Counted from the first letter of the stretch, positions 9,682-19,597 are shown. The stretch is 64,000 nt of DNA from Candidatus Aerophobota bacterium (GCA_021163155.1 JAGGXI010000038.1:7731-71730); one strand, 5' to 3'. Numbers and translations are program-made. Notes: generated by a model not told the origin, from the letters alone.

Positions 9682-9723
9682 TTGGTTGGGGAGTATATGC
9701 TCTCTCTAACCAAACTTTTCTTT
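9682..9723 (+). terminator. Putative intrinsic terminator or stabilising hairpin after the SBP gene
   Basis: TTGGTTGGGGAG...CTCTCTAACCAA hairpin followed by ACTTTTCTTT. Confidence 0.5.
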
Positions 9724-9785
9724 AAGTAATTAGTCAATGGATGGGATTAACTGATTAATCAGTGTGAGAAGGTAAGGAGGTTTTT

Positions 9786-10817
9786 ATGGATCTTCTAAAA
9801 CAATTGAGTGAGGCTTCAGGAATCCCCGGACATGAAGAAGGGATTCGTAAAATTATCACCGAGACACTGAGAGGCTATGTAGACACAGTTGAGGTGGATC
9901 GTTTGGGAAATTTGATCGCCCATCGCAAAGGTGAAGGACCAACGGTGGCAATCGCTGCCCACATGGACGAGATTGGTTTCATTGTCAGCTTTATTGAAAA
10001 GGATTCTGGCTTCCTACGAATCCATCCCCTTGGCGGTTTTGATGTTAAGACACTAATTGCCCAAAGGGTGATCGTGCACACCGAGAAGGGAGATCTGATT
10101 GGATGCATTGGAAGCAAACCAGTGCATATCATGACCGATGAGGAACGTAAAAAGCCACCCGAGATGAAAGACCTGTTCATTGACCTTGGCTTACCTGAAA
10201 ATAGAGTGAAGGATTCTGTCAATATTGGAGACACAATTACTCTCCGCCAGGAGTTCCTTACCTATGAGAATGTTGTCTCTGGAAAGGCACTTGACGACCG
10301 TTCCGGCTTATATATTGGGATTGAGGCGATCAAGCAGGCTAAAAATACCGCTTGTAATCTTTACTTTTTGGGAACAACACAGGAGGAGGTTGGGTTGCGT
10401 GGGGCACGGGTGGCTGGGTTTGCAGTAAAGCCGCAGATTGGGATCGCACTTGATGCAACAATTGCTGCTGACATGCCTGGTGTCCCTGGCCCACAACAGA
10501 TAACAAAATTTGGGAAGGGTGTTGCAATCAAGTTGACTGATTCCTCCTCCATCTCTCATCCTGGATTAGTGCGAGCAATGCGCAAACTCGCTGATGAACG
10601 GAATATCCCCTATCAGATGGAAATCCTTCCTCATGGAGGTACCGACGCTGGGACACTGCAGATGGCTCAAGAAGGGGCAGCCGTGGTCACCCTTTCTCTT
10701 CCCACTCGATATGTCCACTCGGTAGTGGAGATGGCGCATACATCTGACCTTAAGGCGGCGATTGACCTGCTTGCAGCCTTCATCGAGACAGCAGATAAGT
10801 TAGATCTCACGCTCTGA
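9786..10817 (+). CDS. M42-family metallo-aminopeptidase (TET/FrvX-like)
   Basis: AAHMDEIG, KALDDR, QEEVGLRGA, GGTDAG, RYVHS. Confidence 0.92.
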   Translation: MDLLKQLSEASGIPGHEEGIRKIITETLRGYVDTVEVDRLGNLIAHRKGEGPTVAIAAHMDEIGFIVSFIEKDSGFLRIHPLGGFDVKTLIAQRVIVHTEKGDLIGCIGSKPVHIMTDEERKKPPEMKDLFIDLGLPENRVKDSVNIGDTITLRQEFLTYENVVSGKALDDRSGLYIGIEAIKQAKNTACNLYFLGTTQEEVGLRGARVAGFAVKPQIGIALDATIAADMPGVPGPQQITKFGKGVAIKLTDSSSISHPGLVRAMRKLADERNIPYQMEILPHGGTDAGTLQMAQEGAAVVTLSLPTRYVHSVVEMAHTSDLKAAIDLLAAFIETADKLDLTL

Positions 10818-10952
10818 CAAAAGAGAAGAAGAGAATTTTAAATCATTGAAATTTAAAAAATTTATTCTAATTAAATAAAGGAGCAGCACAATCTTGAGGG
10901 GATATGAAACATTGTCCCCTCAAGTGTCTTGCGTAAGTATAAAGGATAAACT

Positions 10953-11903
10953 ATGAGTGCAGATTTAGTAGCTTTTATATTGAGAAGACTTGTAACTGCA
11001 ACCCTTACAGTTATTGGAGTCTCTCTTGTAATTTTCTTACTATTGCAAGCAGCACCTGGTGACCCAGTTACTCTTATGACAGCTGGTCATAAGGTACCTA
11101 AAGAGACGATTGAAAAGATAAAACAAGGATTGAATTTAGATAAACCACTGTATATACAATATTGGCTATGGCTTAAAGGTATTATGCACGGAGATTTTGG
11201 AATCTCTTTCCTTAAAGATATCAAGGTTAGTAAACTGATATTAGAACGGCTGCCCGTTTCTTTACAACTTGTTTTACTAAGCGGACTATTAACTTTTCTA
11301 TTATCAATTCCAACTGGAATATTGGCGGCGCTTAAGGAGGCCACCATTACTGATAACGTCTTCATCACTCTTGCGATTATTACCTCATCAATGCCTGTAT
11401 TCTGGGTTGGGTTATTATTCATTATAATTTTCTCAATTTGGTTAGGATGGTTTCCTCCAATGGGTCTACACAGGCTCTTTGATATTAAGCATTTGGTTCT
11501 CCCTTGCTCAGCTTTATCATTTTCATTTACTGGCCTCCTATTCAGAATGACCAGGGCAAATATGTTGGAGGAATTGCAAAAAAATTATATAACAAAAGCC
11601 AAAGCAATGGGAATTCCGAATAAAAAAATAGTCGGAAGAGCTTTCAAAAATTCTTTAGCACCGATTCTAACCATATCGGGATTTATGATTGGCTCATATA
11701 TAGTTTTTGCAGTTCTTGTTGAATATGTGTTTGGATTGGGTGGGCTTGGTAGCTTATTAGTTGGGGCTACTCTCGCTCAAGATTATCCAATAGTTCTTGG
11801 TGTTACGGTATTTATTTCTATAGTCTTCGTATTCTCAAATTTTGTCGTTGATATACTATATGGTGTATTAGACCCCAGAATACGATATACTTCAAAGAAG
11901 TAG
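10953..11903 (+). CDS. Peptide/nickel ABC transporter permease (DppB-like)
   Basis: APGDP, LDKPL..QY..W, GDFG.S, EAA-loop region 'NYITKAKAMG', DPRIR. Confidence 0.92.
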   Translation: MSADLVAFILRRLVTATLTVIGVSLVIFLLLQAAPGDPVTLMTAGHKVPKETIEKIKQGLNLDKPLYIQYWLWLKGIMHGDFGISFLKDIKVSKLILERLPVSLQLVLLSGLLTFLLSIPTGILAALKEATITDNVFITLAIITSSMPVFWVGLLFIIIFSIWLGWFPPMGLHRLFDIKHLVLPCSALSFSFTGLLFRMTRANMLEELQKNYITKAKAMGIPNKKIVGRAFKNSLAPILTISGFMIGSYIVFAVLVEYVFGLGGLGSLLVGATLAQDYPIVLGVTVFISIVFVFSNFVVDILYGVLDPRIRYTSKK

Positions 11904-11911
11904 GTAAAAAT

Positions 11912-12775
11912 ATGGCTCGCTATGGATTCTTCAGCAGACAACTAAAAAAAGCATTTGGGGATATTTCAGCAAGCAACTTAGCCATAATAGGAATTGTAAT
12001 TGTAGGAATTTTTGCTATTATTGCTATTTTTGCTCCTTTTTTTGCTCCTTACAACCCTTATGATATAGATTTAATGGCTACATATCAATCCCCTTCGTTT
12101 GAGCACTTATTTGGCACTGATAATGTGGGTAGAGATACTTTCAGTCGTATTTTATATGGTTCACGGATGGCTTTTACAATTACTTTACTCATTGTAATTT
12201 TAGAACTGTCTATCAGTGTTCCATTAGGCTTGATATCTTCTTATATAGGAGGATATTTTGATGAAATAATAATGCGAATAATGGATATAATAATATCGAT
12301 TCCTCACCTTCTCCTGGCTATTGTAATAGTTGCTCTTTTAGGGCCTAATGTGCGTAATGCTATATTAGCAATAGGGATCAGTTATATACCGATGCTAACA
12401 AGGTTAGTTAGAAGTGTTACATTATCTATTAAAGAAGAACCTTATATTGAAGCCTGCCAGGTATTAAGATTTAGTGTGAAAAGGATTGTCTTTTATCATA
12501 TCCTTCCAAATATTGTTTCAGTGATTATTGTTCAAGTTTCATTGGATCTTGGATATGCACTTATTGATATGGCTTCACTTAGTTTTATAGGATTGGGAGT
12601 GCAACCCCCAAAAGCATCATGGGGTGCTATGTTATCAACTGGAAAGAATTATCTATTAAACACTCCCTGGATGTGTATATTCCCAGGTATAGCAATAGCC
12701 TTACTCGTTTTTGGCTTTAATCTTTTTGGAATAGGTTTGGAAAGAATTCTAAATCCAAGATATCAAAAGTATTAG
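11912..12775 (+). CDS. Peptide/nickel ABC transporter permease (DppC-like)
   Basis: HLFGTDNVGRD.FSR..YG.R, HILPN, LSFIGLG..PP...WG.M. Confidence 0.93.
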   Translation: MARYGFFSRQLKKAFGDISASNLAIIGIVIVGIFAIIAIFAPFFAPYNPYDIDLMATYQSPSFEHLFGTDNVGRDTFSRILYGSRMAFTITLLIVILELSISVPLGLISSYIGGYFDEIIMRIMDIIISIPHLLLAIVIVALLGPNVRNAILAIGISYIPMLTRLVRSVTLSIKEEPYIEACQVLRFSVKRIVFYHILPNIVSVIIVQVSLDLGYALIDMASLSFIGLGVQPPKASWGAMLSTGKNYLLNTPWMCIFPGIAIALLVFGFNLFGIGLERILNPRYQKY

Positions 12776-12788
12776 AGATTAAGTAATT

Positions 12789-12978
12789 GTAACTATTCAG
12801 CCTGTTCAATTATAGTATGGGGCTAATTGGCTGTTTAGTGGGTAGGGTGAGCTAATCGCCATTTGCAAAACAAGAGTTAGAGGTAATTGGGAGGCTAAAG
12901 CCTCCCCTACCCTGTAGAGAGCTTTAATAGATTGTCGAATCCTGGGCTAAAGTTAGTAGAGAGTACCTGAATAGTTAC
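12789..12978. mobile_element. 190-bp MITE with 12-bp perfect TIR (GTAACTATTCAG) and 8-bp target-site duplication (AAGTAATT)
   Basis: AAGTAATT 12781-12788, GTAACTATTCAG 12789-12800, CTGAATAGTTAC 12967-12978, AAGTAATT 12979-12986; interior contains a family A segment. Confidence 0.85.
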
Positions 12979-13024
12979 AAGTAATTTTCATAGGAAATTG
13001 TTGATATTGAGAAGAAAGAAAAAA

Positions 13025-13990
13025 ATGAAAATTAATAATAGTTTTCTTTTGATTAGAAATTTGTCAATATATTTTTATGCAAAGAAAAAAATTATAAAGG
13101 CGGTTGATGGGGTTACTTTAGAAGTCAAAAAAGGTGAGACAGTAGGAATAGCTGGTGAAAGTGGTTGTGGAAAGTCAACTCTCGCAAGATCAATTTTACG
13201 GCTTGTACCTCCTCCGGGGGAGATTGTTTCAGGCGAGATCCTTTATAAAAGATCTAATATACTTAAGATAAACGATCAGCAACTAAGGAATATAAGAGGT
13301 AATAAAATCTCTATTATTTTCCAGGATCCATCAATTTATTTAAATCCAACCGTTAGCATTGGGAAACAGATTTGTGATGTCATCATGGCTCATAATAATG
13401 TGAGTTTTAAAAATGCAAGAAGTAAAACTATACAATTATTAGACGAATTAGAGATTCAAGAACCTGGGGATAGATTTAAGAATTTCCCTTATGAATTCAG
13501 TGGAGGAATGAAACAGCGTGTTTTAATTGCAATGGCAATATCTTGTAATCCAGAATTGGTTATCGCTGACGAGCCTACCACTGCTTTGGATGTAACTATC
13601 CAAAGACAAATTCTGGAGTTAATAAAAGGAAAGTTGATAAAGAAGGATTCTTCCTTTCTTTTCATAACTCACGATTTAGGTATATTAGCTGAGATCTGTG
13701 ATAGAATATATATAATGTATGCAGGTAGTATTGTTGAACAGGCGAAAGCGACTGACCTTTTTCAGAAACCTTTACATCCTTACACCCAGAAACTTTTAGC
13801 TGCTATACCAAGACATGACATAAGAAAAGAATTAACAGAAATAAAAGGGTCTCCCCCCAGGCTGGATAATTTACCAATAGGATGCAGCTTTTATCCCCGT
13901 TGTGATATTCATACAGAGAAATGCTATCAAGAGAGGCCGCCTCTCTATAAAGTAGATGAAGACCATTTTGTGAGATGCTACAATGTTTGA
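13025..13990 (+). CDS. Peptide ABC transporter ATP-binding protein (DppD-like)
   Basis: [27 protein letters not shown]-terminal GC.F..RC; alternative TTG start at 12998. Confidence 0.93.
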   Translation: MKINNSFLLIRNLSIYFYAKKKIIKAVDGVTLEVKKGETVGIAGESGCGKSTLARSILRLVPPPGEIVSGEILYKRSNILKINDQQLRNIRGNKISIIFQDPSIYLNPTVSIGKQICDVIMAHNNVSFKNARSKTIQLLDELEIQEPGDRFKNFPYEFSGGMKQRVLIAMAISCNPELVIADEPTTALDVTIQRQILELIKGKLIKKDSSFLFITHDLGILAEICDRIYIMYAGSIVEQAKATDLFQKPLHPYTQKLLAAIPRHDIRKELTEIKGSPPRLDNLPIGCSFYPRCDIHTEKCYQERPPLYKVDEDHFVRCYNV

Positions 13991-14990
13991 AGAGGAGATC
14001 AAATTACATAATCCTGTGCTAAAAACAATAAATTTAAAAAAGTACTTTCTTAGTGAGAAGAGTCTCCTCACCAGATTATTAGTTGGAGCAAAATGGGTGA
14101 AGGCTGTAGATGGAATCAATCTAGAGATGTATCCAGAGGAGGTGTTAGCCCTGGTTGGTGAAAGTGGATGTGGGAAGACAACCTTAGCTAAACTTATCCT
14201 CGGTCTACTTACACCTACCGATGGCAAGATTTATATTTATGGTAAATCACCCAGAGAATATGGTGCGCAATTAGCTACTATTTTGCAAATAGTTTTTCAA
14301 GAAGGACCTGCTTCTTTAAACCCACGAAAGAGGGTGGGAAGTTTAATTAAAGAAGTCATTAAGGTTCATAAAGTAGTAGATGTTGACAAAATTGATGAGA
14401 AGGCGAACTCAATTCTCGAAATGGTCGATCTGGGTAAAGAGTTTAAAGAAAGATTCTTCCATGAATTGAGTGGAGGTCAGGCTCAACGGGTGGTTATTGC
14501 AAGAGCATTAGCACTTAATCCTTCTATTTTAATAGCGGATGAACCAACATCAGCTTTAGATGTATCAATTCAAGCACGAATACTAAATTTATTGATGAGA
14601 TTGAAAAAAGAATTCCATCTGACGATGTTATTTATAACTCATAACCTGGGCATTGTTAGACAGATATCAAATAGAGTTGCTGTTATGTATTTGGGGAAAA
14701 TCGTTGAGTTGGGTAATACAGAAGAGATATTTGATTATCCTCGGCATCCCTATACTAAAGCTCTGTTGTCTGCGGTACCTATACCTGACCCCACTGTGAA
14801 AAGGGGAATAATTGTTCTAAAAGGAGAGACCCCAAGCCCAATAAATAGACCATCAGGTTGTGCGTTTCATCCCCGATGTCCATTTAAAAAAGGGATATGT
14901 AAGAATAAGGAACCCGAACTATTGAATTTAAATAATAATCATTATGTTGCTTGTCATTTTCCTATGAACTATAATTCTTCCAAATTTTGA
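13983..14990 (+). CDS. Peptide ABC transporter ATP-binding protein (DppF-like)
   Basis: GESGCGKT, LSGGQAQR, ADEPTSALDVS, GCAFHPRC...VACH. Confidence 0.93.
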   Translation: MFEEEIKLHNPVLKTINLKKYFLSEKSLLTRLLVGAKWVKAVDGINLEMYPEEVLALVGESGCGKTTLAKLILGLLTPTDGKIYIYGKSPREYGAQLATILQIVFQEGPASLNPRKRVGSLIKEVIKVHKVVDVDKIDEKANSILEMVDLGKEFKERFFHELSGGQAQRVVIARALALNPSILIADEPTSALDVSIQARILNLLMRLKKEFHLTMLFITHNLGIVRQISNRVAVMYLGKIVELGNTEEIFDYPRHPYTKALLSAVPIPDPTVKRGIIVLKGETPSPINRPSGCAFHPRCPFKKGICKNKEPELLNLNNNHYVACHFPMNYNSSKF

Positions 14991-15187
14991 TTAGGTAGCT
15001 AATTGCGGTGTGTTTAGTTTGAAAAGAGAACCTAATCTATTCTCTTGATAGTAATCAAATATGCTTTAAAAACCAGGCGAAGAAGGTCTGCAAATCTATC
15101 GTCTTACAGAGTTGGGATAGAGAAGAGAAAATGGATGGTAATTTTATGATACTAAATTCCAAAAATTTTAACCAGGAGGTATAAAAA

Positions 15188-15955
15188 ATGTCATTTAACA
15201 ATTGTTTAGAGCTTCTAACCAAGCATGAGTATGATAAGGCAAAATTTGATAAAGCAATACTCCCTGTTGGGTCAACGGAATGCCATGGGGAGCATTTACC
15301 CTACGGTACCGATGCTATAGTTGCTCAAAGATTATCTATGGAAATTGCAAAGAATGTAGGGGGTCTACTTGTATTGCCAACCATATCTTACGGAATGAGT
15401 ATGCATTACGCAAAATTCCCTATATCTATAACTCTCTCATCGGGGACTTTAATATCTGTATTGAAAGATGTTCTCTCATCCCTTCTTAATCATAATATTA
15501 AGAAATTAATAATAATTAATGGGCACGATGGTAACATAGCACCAATAGAAATTGCTACAAGAGAATTCAGAGTTATACACCCGGAGATAAAAATATGTGT
15601 ATTAGAAGCATGGTGGATAACAGCTGGCAAGCTTCTTCCCAGGGGAACATTTGCAGTTTGGGATGGACTTGGTCATGCTGGCGAAGGAGAAACTTCAATA
15701 ATGCTTGCTATGGAGCCTGAACTTGTAAAAATGAAATATGCTAAAGGGGTAGTCCCTAATTTACCTTCGGGAGATATTGAAATCAAGTGGCTTTTTGATG
15801 AGTTAACCCCTTACGGTGCTACAGGAGGTCCAGATAAAGCTACTAAAGAAAAAGGCGAAAAAATGGTGAAAGTTCTTGTCGACCATCTGGTAACTTTTAT
15901 TAAAGAAATGGATAAAAATGATTGGAAATATGGAATAGAAAAAGTGGATAAATAA
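15188..15955 (+). CDS. Creatininase/creatinine amidohydrolase family protein
   Basis: GSTECHG.HLP.GTD, NGHDGN, GHAGEGETS, A..EKG. Confidence 0.9.
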   Translation: MSFNNCLELLTKHEYDKAKFDKAILPVGSTECHGEHLPYGTDAIVAQRLSMEIAKNVGGLLVLPTISYGMSMHYAKFPISITLSSGTLISVLKDVLSSLLNHNIKKLIIINGHDGNIAPIEIATREFRVIHPEIKICVLEAWWITAGKLLPRGTFAVWDGLGHAGEGETSIMLAMEPELVKMKYAKGVVPNLPSGDIEIKWLFDELTPYGATGGPDKATKEKGEKMVKVLVDHLVTFIKEMDKNDWKYGIEKVDK

Positions 15956-15999
15956 CTATCTAAGTTTTATTAACTGATTTTTGGGGAGGGGTGATTTAA

Positions 16000-16899
16000 T
16001 TGTTAGTTATGCTCGTGCATGGAGGTGCATCTTCTCAAGTTAAAAATAGAGAAGCAAGAAACCAAGGTATACTAAAGGCTTTAAATGAAGGTTGGGCAAT
16101 TCTTGAGGGAGGTGGGTCCTCCGTAGATGCAGTAGAAGCAGCCATAACAACACTTGAAGATAATAAAAATTTCAATGCTGGTAGAGGTTCCCTGCTTCAA
16201 CTTGATGGTATCGCCAGAATGGATGCTTCTATAATGGAAGGCGAACATAGGAATGCTGGTGCTGTAGCCGCTCTGGAAGGGATTGCGAATCCAATTAAAG
16301 TAGCGAGATTAGTAATGGAAAAAACTCCTCACATATTGTTAGTAGGGAAAAAAGCCAAAGAATTTGCTCTCCACTATAAAGTAAAGGAAATGAAAACTAA
16401 TACAAATAAAAGGACGGAGTATCAGGAGAAAGCTTTGAAGAAAGGAGGAGCTATAGTAAAGATATACAAGGAGATATTTGGCACCGTAGGTGCTGTAGCC
16501 ATAGATTCAAAAAATCTTATTGCTGCCGGTGCTTCTACAGGTGGTATTTTAGGAATGCTGCCTGGTCGGGTAGGAGATAGCCCTCTAATAGGCTGCGGTA
16601 TATATGCCGATAACAGTGTGGGGGGTGTCTCTATGACCGGTACAGGTGAGAAGATAATTAGAATGACTTTAGCTAGAAACATAAACTATGAAATGGCTAA
16701 TGGTTATGAAGCTTTATCTTCTGTAAAAAGAGCTTTGAGAGAAATGTTAATTAGTATTGGAGGTGAAGCTGGAGCTATAGCCATAAAGAAAGACGGAGAC
16801 TTTGGCATAGCGCATACTACAAAATATATGTTTGCTGGATATAAAACAGAAACTGAGGGACCTTATGTTTCTGATAGGTTTAAAATAGTGCAAAAGTAG
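16000..16899 (+). CDS. Isoaspartyl peptidase/L-asparaginase (Ntn hydrolase)
   Basis: VHGGA, FNAGRGS, MDASIM, nucleophile GTVGAVA, PGRVGDSP.IG.G.YAD. Confidence 0.92.
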   Translation: MLVMLVHGGASSQVKNREARNQGILKALNEGWAILEGGGSSVDAVEAAITTLEDNKNFNAGRGSLLQLDGIARMDASIMEGEHRNAGAVAALEGIANPIKVARLVMEKTPHILLVGKKAKEFALHYKVKEMKTNTNKRTEYQEKALKKGGAIVKIYKEIFGTVGAVAIDSKNLIAAGASTGGILGMLPGRVGDSPLIGCGIYADNSVGGVSMTGTGEKIIRMTLARNINYEMANGYEALSSVKRALREMLISIGGEAGAIAIKKDGDFGIAHTTKYMFAGYKTETEGPYVSDRFKIVQK

Positions 16900-16907
16900 A
16901 AATTTGA

Positions 16908-17267
16908 TTACTCTGGTATCAAGTAGGGATCTTCTGGAATAGCTATAATTTTGGTATTTTCCCCATATTTAGAAAAAGCTCTCTTAAGCCCTTCTTCCAT
17001 TGAAGCAATAGGAGTAACTAATAAATTTCTTAAAACATTATCATCTATTTCATCTGAATAATACATAATCTCAGCTTTTTTTAAAGTCTTACATATCTCC
17101 TCAACCTGCCATTGGTCAATTACAAAAAATTTAGGATTATTAATTTTATTAAGGAATTCATCAGCACTTTTTGTTTGCATTAATAAATCCTCAAACTCTT
17201 TTTCCTCTATCCTGTTTTTGCATGAAGAGCAGATAATGATTGTTCCTCCTTCTTTAATTGCAGAAGG
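16908..17267 (-). pseudogene. C-terminal remnant of a LarA-family (nickel-pincer racemase) gene
   Basis: AIKEGGTIII...C...DQWQ...IIAIPEDPY matches the LarA C-terminal domain; the ORF N-terminus is only the antisense of the promoter at 17300-17365. Confidence 0.7.
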
Positions 17268-17299
17268 AAGAATTTCTTCCGAAAAACTTTTTCGCGTCG

Positions 17300-17348
17300 G
17301 AGGGTTGACAAAAAAAAAATTAATAGTAAACTGTTTATTGTTGACAAT
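17300..17348 (+). promoter_or_regulatory. Sigma70-type promoter with putative GntR/FadR operator (copy 1)
   Basis: TTGACA(17305)-N16-TAAACT; near-palindrome ATTGTTGACAAT 17337-17348; 49 bp identical to 25830-25878. Confidence 0.75.
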
Positions 17349-17399
17349 TATTATAAAAATGTCTACAACATAAATACTTATTTTAAGATGAGGTATTAT

Positions 17400-18083
17400 A
17401 TGCCAATTTTTGAAAAACAAGAACGGTCAACAATGTTTACCAAAACTTTGAAACAGATTAGGAAGGCTATTAAATCCGGGAAGCTAAAGTCGGGAGATCG
17501 GCTTATTGAATCCAGGTTGGCTGAAGAGATGCAAATAAGCCGATTCCCTATACGTGAGGCAATACGCTATTTAGAAAAAGAAGGGCTCGTTGTTACAATC
17601 CCATTTAAGGGAGCTTATGTTGCTAATTTTGGTGAAAGAGATTTAGAGGAAGTTTATACTTTAAGGAGTGCACTCGAAGAACTTGCAGTACGAAAGCTTA
17701 TGGAAAGCCTTGACAGTAAAAAAATTGAGAAATTGGACTCTATCCTCAAAATGATGAAAAAAGCATCACAAGAGGGGAAAATAGATAAGTTGGTTTCGGT
17801 AGACATGAAGTTTCATCGAACGATCTGTGAGTTATCAGATCACCGTAAATTGCTGGATATGTGGCTAACCCTGGAGCATCAATTAAGGACGTTTATTACG
17901 TTGGAAGAACATCTGTATAAGGAACCGGATGCCCTTGTTAAAACTCATTATCCTGTCATTAAGGATATTAAATCTGGAGATATTAAACGTGCAGAGGAAA
18001 GCATTAGGAAGCACCTTTATAATGCATTGAATATAATTAAACATAGTTACATAAAAACATCTGCACATCAAAAAAATAATTAA
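17400..18083 (+). CDS. GntR-family (FCD) transcriptional regulator
   Basis: LKSGDRLIESRLAEEMQISRFPIREA HTH; DMKFHRTI FCD motif; GAGGT RBS before ATG 17400. Confidence 0.92.
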   Translation: MPIFEKQERSTMFTKTLKQIRKAIKSGKLKSGDRLIESRLAEEMQISRFPIREAIRYLEKEGLVVTIPFKGAYVANFGERDLEEVYTLRSALEELAVRKLMESLDSKKIEKLDSILKMMKKASQEGKIDKLVSVDMKFHRTICELSDHRKLLDMWLTLEHQLRTFITLEEHLYKEPDALVKTHYPVIKDIKSGDIKRAEESIRKHLYNALNIIKHSYIKTSAHQKNN

Positions 18084-18189
18084 TTTAGAAATACACTATA
18101 AAATCACGAAAAGAATAGAAACAAAAATCAGAGAGAAGACTTTAAATAAAGTTGATATCTATTTTTATTTTACAAAAACAGAGGGGGTT

Positions 18190-19470
18190 ATGATGAGTAA
18201 TTTTCAAATCAGTGATGTCAGAGCAAGAGAAATTATTGATTGTAGGGGTTTTCCTACAGTACAGGTAGATATCTGCGTTGGCGATAAGATGATGGGTAGA
18301 GCAAATGTACCTGCGGGAAGGTCTACAGGGAGTAACGAGGCACATGAGCTTCGAGACGGAGATAAAAATCGTTATAGAGGACTAGGGGTTAAAAAGGCAG
18401 TAAACAATGTTAACGAGGTAATTGGCCCCAGATTGAAGGGATTAGACGTCACAGAGCAGAGGAAGATCGATATGGCGATGATCAGATTAGACGGAACACT
18501 AAATAAGAGCGCATTGGGGGCAAATGCGATTACAGGTGTATCATTAGCTATTGCTCGTGCCGCTGCCAATGTTTGCGGTCTCCCGCTCTATAGATATCTC
18601 AACCCAAACGGATATATTCTTCCAGTGCCTTTTATGAACTTATTAAATGGTGGGAAGCTTACCTCAAACTATCTTGAGATTCAAGAATTCATAATGGTTC
18701 CGGTAGGTGCGAAATCATTTAAAGAAGCACTTCAAATGACCACAGAAATAAATCTTATACTAAGAGATTTAGTGATAGAAAAGTATGGTATTTTAGCAGT
18801 GAATACGGGGGATGAAGGGGGATACGCCACACCGATGCATGGGATAAGAGAGCCTTTTGAATTTATGGCAAAAGCTGTAAAAAAAGCGGGATATGAAGAG
18901 AAGGTTGTATACGCGATGGACTGTGCGAGTACCCACTGGTATGACAAGAAAGAAAAAGTATATAAACTAAATAAAAAAAGTTATGATAGAGAAGAGCTAA
19001 TCAATCTTTATCGAGAATTAATTAACGAGTTTCCTATTATTTCGATGGAAGATCCCTTGGATGAGGATGACTTTGAGGGTTATGCTAAGATCACAAAAGA
19101 TTTAGGAATTCAAATTATAGGTGATGATCTATTTGTCACAAATGTAGAACGTATAAAGGAAGGCGTAAAGAAAAGAGCAGCTAATGCATTACTTCTAAAA
19201 GTGAATCAAGTGGGAACGCTTTCTGAAGCTTTGGATGCTGCAGACTTTGCTTATCGTAATCAATATAAAGTGCAGGTTTCAGAACGTTCTGGAGAAACGG
19301 AGGACTCTTTTATAGCAGATTTGGCAGTGGGATTAAACTGTGGACAAATCAAAACAGGCGCACCAGTACGTGGCGAGAGAACATCGAAATATAACCGTTT
19401 AATACAAATAGAGGAGGAACTAGGGACTTCAGCAATATATGCTGGCACAAAACTTGTAAAGTCTTTCTGA
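18190..19470 (+). CDS. Enolase paralogue with non-canonical active-site motifs
   Basis: Full-length enolase fold (ELRDG, GDEGG, GDDLFVTN, LKVNQ.GT, QIKTG), but PAGRSTG, NGGKL and SERSGETED replace PSGASTG, NGGxH and SHRSGETED. Confidence 0.88.
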   Translation: MMSNFQISDVRAREIIDCRGFPTVQVDICVGDKMMGRANVPAGRSTGSNEAHELRDGDKNRYRGLGVKKAVNNVNEVIGPRLKGLDVTEQRKIDMAMIRLDGTLNKSALGANAITGVSLAIARAAANVCGLPLYRYLNPNGYILPVPFMNLLNGGKLTSNYLEIQEFIMVPVGAKSFKEALQMTTEINLILRDLVIEKYGILAVNTGDEGGYATPMHGIREPFEFMAKAVKKAGYEEKVVYAMDCASTHWYDKKEKVYKLNKKSYDREELINLYRELINEFPIISMEDPLDEDDFEGYAKITKDLGIQIIGDDLFVTNVERIKEGVKKRAANALLLKVNQVGTLSEALDAADFAYRNQYKVQVSERSGETEDSFIADLAVGLNCGQIKTGAPVRGERTSKYNRLIQIEEELGTSAIYAGTKLVKSF

Positions 19471-19487
19471 ATGTGTAGGTTTATTTA

Positions 19488-19566
19488 AGGGAGAGGAAGA
19501 GCGGAAAAGGTTTATTAGCCTCCCCTACCCAGGCCAAGCACTCTAACAGTTTGCCGAATCTGGGTT
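19488..19566 (-). repeat. Family A repeat (end motif AACCCAGATTCGGCAA)
   Basis: TTATTAGCCTCCCCTACCCAGGCCAAGCACTCTAACAGTTTGCCGAATCTGGGTT is the reverse complement of the segments at 31746, 27561 and 38525. Confidence 0.75.
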
Positions 19567-19597
19567 AAATATATCATATGATGGAGGTAAATAGAGT

